A DNA stretch of 64,000 bases from the NCBI GenBank assembly GCA_037142615.1, contig JBAXAI010000015.1, positions 24,986-88,985 of the forward strand, read 5' to 3'. This DNA is from Spirochaetales bacterium. GTDB lineage: Bacteria > Spirochaetota > Spirochaetia > JABEVK01. The notes under the pieces are model-generated. The model was not told the origin of the DNA and ran no database searches. It was given only the letters and a program-made list of their open reading frames with translations. The position numbers and the translations under genes are program-made. Below are positions 19,318-29,330 of this stretch, in pieces (position 1 is the first letter of the stretch; each line of letters opens with the position of its first letter).

Positions 19318-19959
19318 ATGAAACTGAAACCAAAAAGCAAACTGCTGATGATCGGCGACTCGGTGACCGACTGCGACCGCGCCAAGCCCGTCGGCGAGGG
19401 GCTGTTCGACGCCCTGGGCAAAGGCTACGTCAGCTTTGTCGATGCCGAGTTGCAAGCCCGGCACCCCGAGGCTGCGATCCGCGTGGTGAACATGGGCACC
19501 TCAGGCCATACGGTGCGCGACCTCAAGGCCCGCTGGCAGACCGACGTGCTCGACCAGAAGCCCCAGTGGCTGAGCATCATGATCGGCATCAACGATGTGT
19601 GGCGGCAGTTTGACACGCCGTGGCAGACCGAGTGGGCCGTGGGGCTCGAAGAATACCGCGACACCCTCGACGCCTTGGTGGCTCAAACCAAGCCCACCCT
19701 CGAGGGGCTCGTGCTGATGACGCCGTATTTCATCGAGGCCAACGTGGCCGACACCATGAGGGCGCGTATGGACGAGTACGGCCAGGTCGTTCGTCAACTC
19801 GCGGCCAAGCACGGCGCGCTGTTTGTCGACACGCAGGCCGAGTTTGACCGACTTTTGGCCCACATGCACTCGGCCGCGATTGCCTGGGACCGGGTGCATC
19901 CCAACCGTATCGGGCACACGCTGCTGGCGCAGGCGTTTCTGGACGCCATCGAGGCCTAG
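19318..19959 (+). CDS. SGNH/GDSL esterase (acetyl-xylan esterase-like)
   Basis: GDSVTD, GTSG, GINDVW, DRVHP. Confidence 0.92.
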   Translation: MKLKPKSKLLMIGDSVTDCDRAKPVGEGLFDALGKGYVSFVDAELQARHPEAAIRVVNMGTSGHTVRDLKARWQTDVLDQKPQWLSIMIGINDVWRQFDTPWQTEWAVGLEEYRDTLDALVAQTKPTLEGLVLMTPYFIEANVADTMRARMDEYGQVVRQLAAKHGALFVDTQAEFDRLLAHMHSAAIAWDRVHPNRIGHTLLAQAFLDAIEA

Positions 19960-20472
19960 GTGTCGTCGGCTGTTGGCTCACCCCGCAACCGTCTGACCTT
20001 CCTGGTGCAGGGAGAGCTGTTTGGGTGTCTGGTTTTGCCCGTGACGGTGTTCAGCCTGGCCACCGCCTTCGACACCCTGCCAGGCCCGCTGGCGTGGTTT
20101 TCGCTGGCCGTTGTTGGCTTCCTGCTGCTTCAAGGGGCAGCGTTTGGCCTTCTCAAGCTCAAGGACCTGGGCGACCACGGGCGCCGGATGGCGGCCGCGG
20201 TGGCTTGGTTCCGCCGTGCTAAGTGGCTCAACCTGGCGCTGCTGGGGCTCCTGGGCGGGCTGGTGGCGGCAAGGGGCCTCCAGCCAACCGGCCAGGATTT
20301 TGACTTCTGGACGGGGCTTGTGCTGGCCACGCTGGCGGCCTTGGAGCAGGTCAACTACTACCACTGGCAACTGATGCACGACACGCCGCAGGAGTGGCGG
20401 GACCTGCTGCGCCGCAAGCGGCTCAAGCGGGGCCTTCTGGCGCGCGAGCTGGGTCGCCCGCGTGTCAGGTGA
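19960..20472 (+). CDS. Hypothetical membrane protein
   Basis: About four hydrophobic segments; starts immediately after the SGNH stop. Confidence 0.65.
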   Translation: MSSAVGSPRNRLTFLVQGELFGCLVLPVTVFSLATAFDTLPGPLAWFSLAVVGFLLLQGAAFGLLKLKDLGDHGRRMAAAVAWFRRAKWLNLALLGLLGGLVAARGLQPTGQDFDFWTGLVLATLAALEQVNYYHWQLMHDTPQEWRDLLRRKRLKRGLLARELGRPRVR

Positions 20473-22588
20473 GTTTGGCCTGCGACTCGACCCAGCTTCC
20501 CCCCAGTTCCCGGGAACGGGCGTCGGGCTGGCAGGTGCCGGCGAACAAGGTGAGCGTGCCCGGAAGAAACTGGCGCCGGCCGTCTTCGAGCACGCATTCC
20601 AGCTGGCGCGGCCCGAGTTCAAAGGTCAGCCCGCGGGTCTCGCCTGCTGCCAGTTCGACGCGCTCAAAGCCCGCCAGCTCGCGCAGGGAGGTTCGCGTGG
20701 CCGTCGCCTTGGTCAGGTAGAGCTGGATGACATCGGCGCTGCCGTGAGCGTGCAGATTCGCCACAGTCACCTTCACCCGGAGCATTTGGCCGGCCACCAC
20801 ACTGGTGCCGGTTCCTTGTCCATCAACTTCGAGGCCGGTCACCTGCAGCGAACGGTAGTTCAGGACGAAACCGAAGGGGAACAATGGCTTGGCCGTGGCG
20901 TAGCGGTAGGTCCGCCGGGCCATCGAGTAGTCCTCAAAGGGCGGCAAGTCCTCGAGTTTCCAAGGCAACGTGACCGGCAGCTTGCCCGAAAAGTCGCGCT
21001 TGCCAAACAGCAGGTCGGCCACCGCCCGCCCACCCTGTTCGCCGGGGTACCACGTGTAAACGATGGCAGCGGCCTTTTCGACGTAAGGGCTCAGATCGAC
21101 GGCTGAACCGGCGCTCACCAAGAGCACCACGGGTTTGCCCGTACTTAGCAGCTTCATCAGGAACTGGTGCTGACCCGCCGGTAGCGCCAGCGAGGTGCGG
21201 TCGCCAAAGTCGGGGGCAGCGATGGCGTCACCCTCCTCGCCTTCGAGCAGAATGTTCAGGCCCATGCATGCGACGGTGACGTCGAAGCCCTTAGCTTCAA
21301 AGGCGGCCCAGTCGGCAGGGATTTTGTTCAGCTCGGCCAGCAGAGCGCCGTGACGGAACTCCACCTTGACGTCGAGACCGGCGGCATCGACCAGCCCTTC
21401 TCCAAGCGTGATCAGGCGGGGGCTGAGCCCGTGATAGTTGCCTAACAGCGCCTCGGGGGCCAGCACGTTGGGATCTGTCAGGTAGAGGCTGCGGATTTTG
21501 GTGTTGTCGAGGGGTAACAGCCCGTCGTTCTTGAGGAGAACCGTCGAGCGCACCGCGGCTTCGTAGGTCAGCTCCAAGTGCTCGGGGCTGCGGATCAACG
21601 ACGAGTCGAGCCCGGAATAGGGCACCCGGGCCGGTGGGTCAAACTCGCCGAGCCGGAAGCGGGTGCTCAGCAAGCGGCGTAGGCTGGTATTGAGGGTGTC
21701 CACCTCGACCAGGCCCAGCCGCACGGCGTCCTCGAGCATGTGGTACAGCTCGCCGCAGTTGAGATCGCAGCCCCGGTTGACGGCCAACGCCGCCGACTCG
21801 ACGGGTCCGGTGGTGACCTTGTGGTGCAGATGAAAGTCCTGGATGGCCCAGCAGTCGCTCACCACGTGCCCTTGGAACCCCCAGTCGCCACGCAAAGTCT
21901 TCTGCAGCAGGAACTCACTGCCGCAGCACGGTTCGCCATTGGTGCGGTTGTAGGCGCCCATGACGCTCTCGACCCCCGTCTCGACCAGGTGGCGGAAGGC
22001 AGGGAGGTAGGTGTCTTCCAGGTCGTAGGGCGAGACCACGGCGTCGAAGCTGTGACGGAGCTTCTCGGGCCCCGAGTGGACGGCAAAGTGTTTGGCGCAG
22101 GCGGCGGTCTTGAGATAGTGCGGGTCGTCTCCCTGCAGTCCCCGCACAAACTGCTCGCCGATGCGCGAGGTGAGGTACGGGTCTTCACCATAGGTTTCTT
22201 GCCCCCGGCCCCAGCGCGGGTCGCGGAAAATGTTGATGTTGGGGGTCCAGAACGTCAGGCCCACGTAGCGGCCCGTGGTTCCCTTGGCGAGGAACAGCTG
22301 ATGCTTGGCGCGCGCCTCGTCGCTGATGGCCCCAGCCACCCGAAGGATCAGCGCCTTGTCGAAGGTGGCGGCCAAGCCGATGGCCTGCGGGAAGATGGTC
22401 GCGACCCCGGCCCGGGCAACGCCGTGGAGGGCTTCGTTCCACCAACTGTGCGCGCCAACGCCCAGACGCTCAATGGCGGGCGCCTCATGGAGCATCTGGC
22501 TCACTTTCTCGCTGAGCGTCAGGCGGCCGAGCAGGTCTTCGATTCGGTCGGCCAAGGGGAGATCGGGATTGCGGAAGAGTTCGTCCAT
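20465..22588 (-). CDS. GH3 beta-xylosidase/beta-glucosidase
   Basis: WWNEALHG, RDPRWGRGQETYGEDP, KHFAVH, VVSDCWA, fibronectin-like tail. Confidence 0.95.
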   Translation of the reverse strand: MDELFRNPDLPLADRIEDLLGRLTLSEKVSQMLHEAPAIERLGVGAHSWWNEALHGVARAGVATIFPQAIGLAATFDKALILRVAGAISDEARAKHQLFLAKGTTGRYVGLTFWTPNINIFRDPRWGRGQETYGEDPYLTSRIGEQFVRGLQGDDPHYLKTAACAKHFAVHSGPEKLRHSFDAVVSPYDLEDTYLPAFRHLVETGVESVMGAYNRTNGEPCCGSEFLLQKTLRGDWGFQGHVVSDCWAIQDFHLHHKVTTGPVESAALAVNRGCDLNCGELYHMLEDAVRLGLVEVDTLNTSLRRLLSTRFRLGEFDPPARVPYSGLDSSLIRSPEHLELTYEAAVRSTVLLKNDGLLPLDNTKIRSLYLTDPNVLAPEALLGNYHGLSPRLITLGEGLVDAAGLDVKVEFRHGALLAELNKIPADWAAFEAKGFDVTVACMGLNILLEGEEGDAIAAPDFGDRTSLALPAGQHQFLMKLLSTGKPVVLLVSAGSAVDLSPYVEKAAAIVYTWYPGEQGGRAVADLLFGKRDFSGKLPVTLPWKLEDLPPFEDYSMARRTYRYATAKPLFPFGFVLNYRSLQVTGLEVDGQGTGTSVVAGQMLRVKVTVANLHAHGSADVIQLYLTKATATRTSLRELAGFERVELAAGETRGLTFELGPRQLECVLEDGRRQFLPGTLTLFAGTCQPDARSRELGGSWVESQAKLT

Positions 22589-23652
22589 GAGGCTTTCTTC
22601 ACCCGAAACCTAACTTCTGACCAGTGTGTAATGTCGGCTGGCCTGGTAGCTCTCGAAACTGCCGTTAGGCTGGTGCGTCCTCCACTGTGCGCGTCGCCGA
22701 GGGCGCTCAGGCGGGCGTTGACGTCGAACAGGAAGTCGGCACCGGGGGCCAGCCCGATTGAGGCCAAGGGCAGAGTCACTTCAAAGTTCCAGCCGTTGGG
22801 CCCGATCTTTTGGTTGGCCTTGGCACCGGCGACCGCCGCCAGCAGCCGGTCCTTGAGCAGCGGAGCCTTCTGACCAGGCCGAGGCACCAAGAACAGCTGG
22901 ATGATGTGTCCCCCACCCACTCGGTCGAAGAAAAGTTCGACGCAGGAACCGACCCAAGGCGCTGTTTCGGCGGCGTCGTTGACCGGGTTGGAGTCGTGCA
23001 CTCTGCCGCGCAGAGCGAGGTCTGTCTCCTCCCGCTGCAAGGTGCCACGGATCGCGGGGTTTCCGGCCAAGTCCAGGTCAGAGCGCACAGCTGTGCCGCG
23101 CGCCAGGGAGAGTTCCTGGCGTGGGTACAGTTTGACGCTTCGGCACAGCACGGGCGTGGCGCCCGTGGAGGTAAGCACGTATTCCTGCGGGCCGCTCCAG
23201 TCGTGGGCGTTGGTCACCACGACCTCCAAGAGGTTCTCTTCGCCCTTGGCACGCCTCACCACCGAGGGAGCCTTCACCTCGGCCACGACTTGGGCCAAGC
23301 TGGCCAGCGAACGCCCCGTTCCAGGCTTGACGGCGTGGTGAATGAAGTACGGCAAGTATTCCGATTGGTGTTCGCTCGACTCCGTGACGAAGTAACCGGT
23401 GCGGCGCATCATCTCGAAGCGCACCTTTTCGGAGGGGAACGACGGGTCGTCGAGCAAGTTGAACAGCAGCGGGGAGGCGTCCTGCCCCCGGTAGTCGAAC
23501 TTGAGGAAGAACGCCATGTGGTTGACCCCGGCCACGACGTAGCTGATGTCTTCATACGGAAGGCCGAGGAAACCGGCCAGCTGCGCGCTGGTGCCTTGCA
23601 CCGAGTGGCAAAGCCCCACCAAGGGCACCCCGACGGCTCTGTCGGCCGCCAA
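22519..23652 (-). pseudogene. GH4 (MelA-type) glycosidase fragment joined in frame to a CBM9/DOMON-like C-terminal domain
   Basis: VGLCHSVQGT, AGVNHMAFF and VTESSEHQSEY present. The N-terminal NAD-binding domain and the C-terminal half of GH4 are absent. Tail contains RVHD...PWVGSCVELFFD. Confidence 0.8.
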
Positions 23653-24137
23653 TTGGCAGGAAAGGCGCTCTGACGCCCTCTATTCGTGGGACTGTACGCC
23701 TCACAGCTCGGCTCCGTTGCGTTACGAACCAGAGCACGCTTTTGTGATTGTCCAATGGACCCACTCGGGGCAAGGGGTCCTTGAAGTCGCCAGTCAGAGT
23801 CGGCCGGTGGCGGCTGGTCAGGCGTTCGTGGTTCTGGTGCCGGAGCCGCTGAAGTATTCGTACCCGGCAGCTGCCTCAGAACCGTGGCTGACTACGTCGA
23901 GCGCCACTTCCGCGAGCCGCTGACCGTGACCCAGCTCGCCGACCGGGCGGGACTGAGCCGAGAGCACTTTACGCGGGAGTTTCAGCGGCACACCGCACAA
24001 CCGCCAGGACGTTTCCTGCGCGAGAGACGGGCGGACAGCGCCGCCAAGCTGCTGGTGCAGACCAGTTGGTCGAGGCCTTCTGCAGCGAACGGGGTGTCAC
24101 CCCGACGGCGTTCCGTCGGTCGTCGACGGGCGCCTGA
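23651..24137 (+). pseudogene. AraC-family regulator, fragmented
   Basis: Cupin part QWTHSGQG...AGQAF...EPW, HTH part LADRAGLSREHFTREF and tail AFCSERGVTPTAFRR, separated by frame jumps with missing segments. Confidence 0.8.
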
Positions 24138-24144
24138 GCCCTCC

Positions 24145-25014
24145 TCAGGGCAGAAGTCCGCCACCCTTGATTTGTAGCGAATCTTTGAACTTCTTGTCTT
24201 CCTGAAGGATGTGACCTATCGTCCATTCCTTGAGAAAGGTGACCAACTCGTCGGTCAAATCGGTCCGACCTTGCTTGTACTGCTCGGCAAACTGGAGGAT
24301 CTTGCGGATGAACTTGCCGTGCAGGGTACGGTGTTCGGCCAGACCCGGCCAGGCGTGGCGCGACATCAACTCTTCTTCAAACGAAAAGTGAAACTGGGAA
24401 TAGTAGAAAAGTTTGCGGATCACGGGGGGCAGGAACATTTTTCGGCGCCCGGGTGAGGCCAGCACCAAATCGTTGGCCTGTTGCAAAATGCCGATCAGTT
24501 CCCGGTGCTGATCGTCGATGCCGCCGAGTTCGAGCGACAGGTTCTTGTCGGTCCACGCCGACACGACGCTGGTGTCGTGGGGCTCCCGAGCTTCTTCCCA
24601 CAGCACGCCGTCAGCGGTGAGCGCCTGGGCCCAGTGCCGGTCGTCGCCCATGATGTGGTTCAGAATCCACTCCACCAGCGAGTCAAGGACCCCCGAAAGG
24701 TCGGGGTGCGGCGAGTCGCGGGTATCGAGCAGATGCACCTTCACCTGAGCCGTGAACGCGCGGTGAATCTCGCGGTGACCGGGCACTTCCGGGTAGCTCT
24801 TGGACCGCAACAGCTGTTCCTCGTCGTTGAAGTGGTAGTGGCAGTAGGCGTACAGGCGCTTGAGACCTGCGATCATCCGAGCCTTACGGTCCGGAGAATC
24901 CGGCATGTCCTGAGCCTGCCACAACTGGTTCGTGATGACGAACAGTTGCTGATGCTGGCGGTCCACCTCGGGCACACCGACAGCGTGCTTCTCGTCTTTC
25001 CACTGCACAACCAT
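24145..25014 (-). CDS. Tandem double-domain bacteriohemerythrin
   Basis: Two copies of D-x-QH, HF-x2-EE, H-x3-H, W-x3-HI-x3-D; GGAGG RBS. Confidence 0.92.
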   Translation of the reverse strand: MVVQWKDEKHAVGVPEVDRQHQQLFVITNQLWQAQDMPDSPDRKARMIAGLKRLYAYCHYHFNDEEQLLRSKSYPEVPGHREIHRAFTAQVKVHLLDTRDSPHPDLSGVLDSLVEWILNHIMGDDRHWAQALTADGVLWEEAREPHDTSVVSAWTDKNLSLELGGIDDQHRELIGILQQANDLVLASPGRRKMFLPPVIRKLFYYSQFHFSFEEELMSRHAWPGLAEHRTLHGKFIRKILQFAEQYKQGRTDLTDELVTFLKEWTIGHILQEDKKFKDSLQIKGGGLLP

Positions 25015-25079
25015 GGCAACCTCCAACTTTAGCCTAAGGGGCGTCCGGGGCCAGGTCAAGTTTGATCTGCCTGGCCCCA

Positions 25080-25229
25080 CCGCGCACCACGCACGGCGAG
25101 GTCCATTCACGGCCGGTCGAACACGAACACGTACAAAGTCTGCTGGTCGGCAGAATGGCGGCTCGGGCCGGGGACTGGCGTTGAGCAACAGGTTGTCGCC
25201 CTTGCCGGCGGTTGCAACTGGGAAGTCGT
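25080..25229 (-). pseudogene. Collapsed remnant of a GH29 alpha-L-fucosidase-like gene
   Basis: AGKGDNLLLNASPRP (cf. GGNLLLNVGP) juxtaposed to SADQQTLYVFVFDRP*. Confidence 0.5.
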
Positions 25230-26144
25230 TTACATTGAAACCACCTTGAGCAGGGGTAACTGGCGGGATACTTGCGCACCCGCCCCGGCCAGGAGGGCTT
25301 CGGCGGCGGTTTCGCCCATGCTCCGGAAGTCCTGGTAAAGGACCCGAACGTTCTGAAATGGCCACACCGGACCGGTCCACGCGTCGAAAACGACGGCAGA
25401 GGAAGGCGAGGAACTCTGCGGGGCCCAATCCAACGCGCCCTGCTGGCCTGTCGTAAAAAGGGCTCCTACCCCGGCCGGCCGTGTGGTCCGAGTCGCCGAG
25501 CCAGGCAAGCCCACGAGAACGGGAATCCCCAGCCGCGAGGCTGCTTCTCTCAGGCCACGGGAGCGCTCGGCCTCCACGGTGTTCAGCTCGGGGACAAACC
25601 CATCGAGCACCCAACTCAGAGGCCCCAGCAAACGCAGGGCATCCGCCACGGCACCGGCGTTGTCGGTGGTCATCAGGGGCGCGTCGACACCGGGAACATG
25701 GCGGTCCAGAAACACGAGGGGAACTCCGGCCCCCAGCACGCGGGCTTCCGGACTGTTGCCACTCCCCCGGTGGGGAATCACGATAGCACCGTCGGCTGTC
25801 CCCGAACTCAAGCGGGCCAAGAGGCGCGCGTACACGCCGGCATCGTTATGGTGCTGGGCCACGAGCAAGTCGTAGCCCCGCTCAAGCAGGTATTTGGACG
25901 CCCACGAGGCCGGTTCGCGCTCCACCGGAGTGTCCATCGTAGGCAACAGGAACCAATAGGTCCTCGACCGGCCTTCGGCCAAGGCCCGCGCTCCGGCGTG
26001 AGGCTGGTAGCCCAACCGCAGCGCCTCGGCCTTCACGCGAACCCGGGTGTTCGGATGCACCGTTGCGTCGTCGCGCAGGGCCCGCGACACGGTCGAGCTA
26101 TCGAGTCCCAGCGAAGTAGCCAGGTCGACCAGCTTGACGCCCAT
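25230..26144 (-). CDS. LacI-family transcriptional regulator
   Basis: VKLVDLATSLGLDSSTVSRAL HTH, LGYQPHAGARAL, VFLDR. Confidence 0.93.
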   Translation of the reverse strand: MGVKLVDLATSLGLDSSTVSRALRDDATVHPNTRVRVKAEALRLGYQPHAGARALAEGRSRTYWFLLPTMDTPVEREPASWASKYLLERGYDLLVAQHHNDAGVYARLLARLSSGTADGAIVIPHRGSGNSPEARVLGAGVPLVFLDRHVPGVDAPLMTTDNAGAVADALRLLGPLSWVLDGFVPELNTVEAERSRGLREAASRLGIPVLVGLPGSATRTTRPAGVGALFTTGQQGALDWAPQSSSPSSAVVFDAWTGPVWPFQNVRVLYQDFRSMGETAAEALLAGAGAQVSRQLPLLKVVSM

Positions 26145-26146
26145 GA

Positions 26147-29100
26147 CTAACTCCCGAACCGGATCTTGAAGGTCCGGATCTCGAACGGCTTCAGGGAGAA
26201 CCGAACCCCGTCCCCGGCGGGTTCCGACGGGCCGTCGTTCCACTCCAGCAGGTCGGTGGTGCAGACGTTCGCGCCGGGAATGGCCACGTGCAGCACACCC
26301 CGAGCTCCCAGCCCGAGATTTTCAACCGCGCGCACGATCCAGGACTCGTCCTTTTCGGCCTTCTTGAGGGCCTCCAACGAGAAGCCTTCGCCTTCGACCG
26401 TCACAGGGAGGCGAACGGGCGCCGACAGGCCAGCCAGAAGCAACGGCGGCCGATTGAGGCAGGCGGCAGCCTCGATCACCCCGGCCTCGGTGAGGTCACC
26501 CTCGTGCGGCAGCAGCGCGTAGGTAAACCGGTGGTGGCCTGCATCCGCGTCGGGGTCAGGACTCAGCGGAGAACGCAACAGGCTCAAGCCGAGCACATTG
26601 TCTTGCACCGAATGGCCATACTTGCTGTCGTTGAGCAGAGCCACACCGAAGCGGGCATCGCCCACATCGACCCAGCGGTGGGCGCACACCTCGAACTTGG
26701 CGAAGTCCCACTCGGTGTTGCGGTGGGTGGGGCGCGCGGCGTGGCCATAGGCAATCTCGCACCTCGCCTCGGTGGCCAGCCCTCCCAACGGGAAGGCAGT
26801 GCGCAGCAGTCGGCGGGTTTCGTTCCAGTCGATTTCGGTGTCGAAGGTGAGGAGTTTCGACCCGGGAGCCAGCCAAGCCGTCTGAGTCAGGCGAGACTGG
26901 CCGATTTCGAGCTCGAAGCGCAGACCCTGGCGAACCTCTCCCCCGAGCCTTTGGGCCCGGCCCACGCTTCGGGCGTTTTCCAGAAACTGGGCGGGGTAGT
27001 AGTAGTCGATGTCCCACGCTTCGAAGTTGTGCGGCGTGTCCTCGTAGAGCGAAAGCAGGTTTCCGGCCCTTCCGGGGGCCAAAAGCGAGCGCGAAGCCGC
27101 TTTATCCCACGCTTCGACCAACTGGGCCGCCGAGTCGAACCGGTAGCGGACCAGCGGGTTTTCGAGCACCAGCTCGCCCGCCTCCAGCGGAGCCAGGGCC
27201 GGTTTGGAGGTCACAGGCTTGGGATCCAACACGAGCGAACCCAGCGCCGGCACCGTCACCCACGCAACCGTTTTGCCGTCTTCCTGCTGGGTGAGCTCGC
27301 GGCCGGCAAACCCGGCAGGCAACTCCACCGCCCCCACCCAAGGGGTGTTCAGGCAGTTGAACAGCGTCACGGAAGTCTGCCCCCCCGCAGGCACCGTCGC
27401 GGCCGGAGACTTTCCGCCGAGAAGTCCGATCGCCTTGAGCTTCAGCCCGTCCAGCAGTGCAAACGCACCAGCGTAGGCCCTGTCGGCGTCTTCGTACACG
27501 AGGTGAATGCTCGAACCCGGCAGGATGTCGTGAAACTGGTGCAGCAGCAGCGTTTTGACCACCGCGTCGAGCTCGGCCCGAGGGTAGGCCGACAGCGGGA
27601 GCGCCGTCCACAGCGCCTCGACGGCCCGTATTTCCTGCTCCAGCCGGCGGTTGTTGCGCTTGGTGTTGGCTTGGGTGGTAAAAGTGCCCCGGTGGTATTC
27701 GAGGTACAGTTCGCCGACCCAGACCTCGAGTTCGCTGGCGTGGGCGTTCAGTCTCGCCAGGAGCTCGTCGGCCCGCCCAAAGCTCGCCCGGGGCAACCCT
27801 TCGGTATTGCCAGAGCGGAGAATGGACTCCAGAAACTCCTCCTTGGGACCGCCGCCGCCATCGCCAACCCCCACCAGGGTGATGAACTCGTCCAAGAACC
27901 CTTTTTCGTGGAAGGTTTTGACGGCCGAGGTGAGCCCGGCAGGGTTGCCCAGGCTGTTGTAAGTGTACTCGGGCGGAAAATGGGTCAGCACCTCGCTGCC
28001 GTCGATGCCCCGCCAACGGAAGGTGTCGTGGGGAAACGCGTTGAACTTCGACCACGAGAGTTTCTGCGTCAGGAACACCTCGATGCCCGCTTGGCGCAGA
28101 ATCTGAGGCATCGAGCCCGCGTAGCCAAACACGTCGGGAATCCAGCAGTTCTTGACGTCGAAGCCGAAGGTATCGCGGAAGTAGTTCTTGCCGTGCAAAA
28201 ACTGCCTGACCAGCGACTCACCGGAAGGCAGGTTGCAGTCGGCCTCGATCCACATGCCACCCTGCAGCTCCCAGCGACCGTCGGCGACCGCCTTTTGGAT
28301 GCCGGCGAACAGGTCCGGATACGTTTCTTGCATCCACGCGTGATGCTGGGGCGCGGAGGCCCCGAACACGTAGCCGGGGTACTGCCCTAGCAGCTTGAGC
28401 TGGCTGGCGTAGGTGCGCGCGGTCTTGCGCCGCGTTTCGGCCAGAGGCCACAACCAAGCGGTGTCGATGTGGGCGTGGCCTACCACCGTGGTGGCCAGCG
28501 ACGACGCGGTGGCCGGTTTGGCCAGCTCGTCGGCAAGAACCGACCGGCAGGCAGCGATGTTCTTCCGGTCGTCCCGGTAGAGCGTGGTGACGGTGAACAG
28601 CGCCCTCAGAACGCGTACCGCCCGAACGCTGGAAGGGTCGAGGGTTTCCCAAAGTTCGATCAGGAACTTCAGGTCGAGCACCAACTGCCACAACTCGGCG
28701 TCGAACCGAGCCAGGCGCAGCACGCGGATCCTGGCCTCGAAGGTGCCGTGGCGGTTGGGATCCTCGCGCCGTGCCGGGGCTTTGGCCCCGTGGAGGCCGA
28801 AAAGCCCGTTGGCGACCGTTTCGACAAACAGTTCGACCGCTTCGCCCCCTTGGGCTTCGGGCAACAGGCGGAACTGGTCGCGGCTGAAGTCCTCGGCAAA
28901 CACCGAACCGTTGGTGACGCCTCCGAGGGCCTGACCGGCCCGGTTGTACACCAACCCCTCGCCACCGAAGTCGAGGTTGGCGACGACGGGCCAGCCCTTC
29001 CACGACACAGGCACGGTGCCAGTCAGCAGAAAGTAGCCGGACTCCCAGGTTCGTCCCCACACCTCGCCCTCAGAAACGGCGCGGCGTTCCAAGTCAAACG

Positions 29101-29254
29101 ACTGGCCCAGCGGCACCGGCGCGGAACGCAGGGCATACCGGGCTTCCAGAGCAGCCGTCTCGGCCAGAACCTGCGGTGCCAACTCGTCGATGAAGTTCTT
29201 GATGCGCCGGTACTCGACCGCCATGCGGCCCTTGATGCTCCAATCGTTGAACAT
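26147..29254 (-). CDS. GH38 alpha-mannosidase
   Basis: GHAHIDTAWLWP, WIPDVFGY, GDGGGGP, LYLEYHRG, QFHDILPGS; RBS before ATG 29254. Confidence 0.96.
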   Translation of the reverse strand: MFNDWSIKGRMAVEYRRIKNFIDELAPQVLAETAALEARYALRSAPVPLGQSFDLERRAVSEGEVWGRTWESGYFLLTGTVPVSWKGWPVVANLDFGGEGLVYNRAGQALGGVTNGSVFAEDFSRDQFRLLPEAQGGEAVELFVETVANGLFGLHGAKAPARREDPNRHGTFEARIRVLRLARFDAELWQLVLDLKFLIELWETLDPSSVRAVRVLRALFTVTTLYRDDRKNIAACRSVLADELAKPATASSLATTVVGHAHIDTAWLWPLAETRRKTARTYASQLKLLGQYPGYVFGASAPQHHAWMQETYPDLFAGIQKAVADGRWELQGGMWIEADCNLPSGESLVRQFLHGKNYFRDTFGFDVKNCWIPDVFGYAGSMPQILRQAGIEVFLTQKLSWSKFNAFPHDTFRWRGIDGSEVLTHFPPEYTYNSLGNPAGLTSAVKTFHEKGFLDEFITLVGVGDGGGGPKEEFLESILRSGNTEGLPRASFGRADELLARLNAHASELEVWVGELYLEYHRGTFTTQANTKRNNRRLEQEIRAVEALWTALPLSAYPRAELDAVVKTLLLHQFHDILPGSSIHLVYEDADRAYAGAFALLDGLKLKAIGLLGGKSPAATVPAGGQTSVTLFNCLNTPWVGAVELPAGFAGRELTQQEDGKTVAWVTVPALGSLVLDPKPVTSKPALAPLEAGELVLENPLVRYRFDSAAQLVEAWDKAASRSLLAPGRAGNLLSLYEDTPHNFEAWDIDYYYPAQFLENARSVGRAQRLGGEVRQGLRFELEIGQSRLTQTAWLAPGSKLLTFDTEIDWNETRRLLRTAFPLGGLATEARCEIAYGHAARPTHRNTEWDFAKFEVCAHRWVDVGDARFGVALLNDSKYGHSVQDNVLGLSLLRSPLSPDPDADAGHHRFTYALLPHEGDLTEAGVIEAAACLNRPPLLLAGLSAPVRLPVTVEGEGFSLEALKKAEKDESWIVRAVENLGLGARGVLHVAIPGANVCTTDLLEWNDGPSEPAGDGVRFSLKPFEIRTFKIRFGS

Positions 29255-29272
29255 GCTTCCTCCCGCGCCAAA

Positions 29273-29330
29273 ATCCAAGCGCTTGGATCTGGTTATACAC
29301 CCAGAAAGTGAGGAATGCAAGCGCTTGGAT
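29273..29330 (-). promoter_or_regulatory. Promoter TTGCAT-17-TATAAC bracketed by two LacI-type operators
   Basis: atccaagcgcttggat (29273-29288, perfect palindrome) and atgcaagcgcttggat (29315-29330). Confidence 0.8.
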
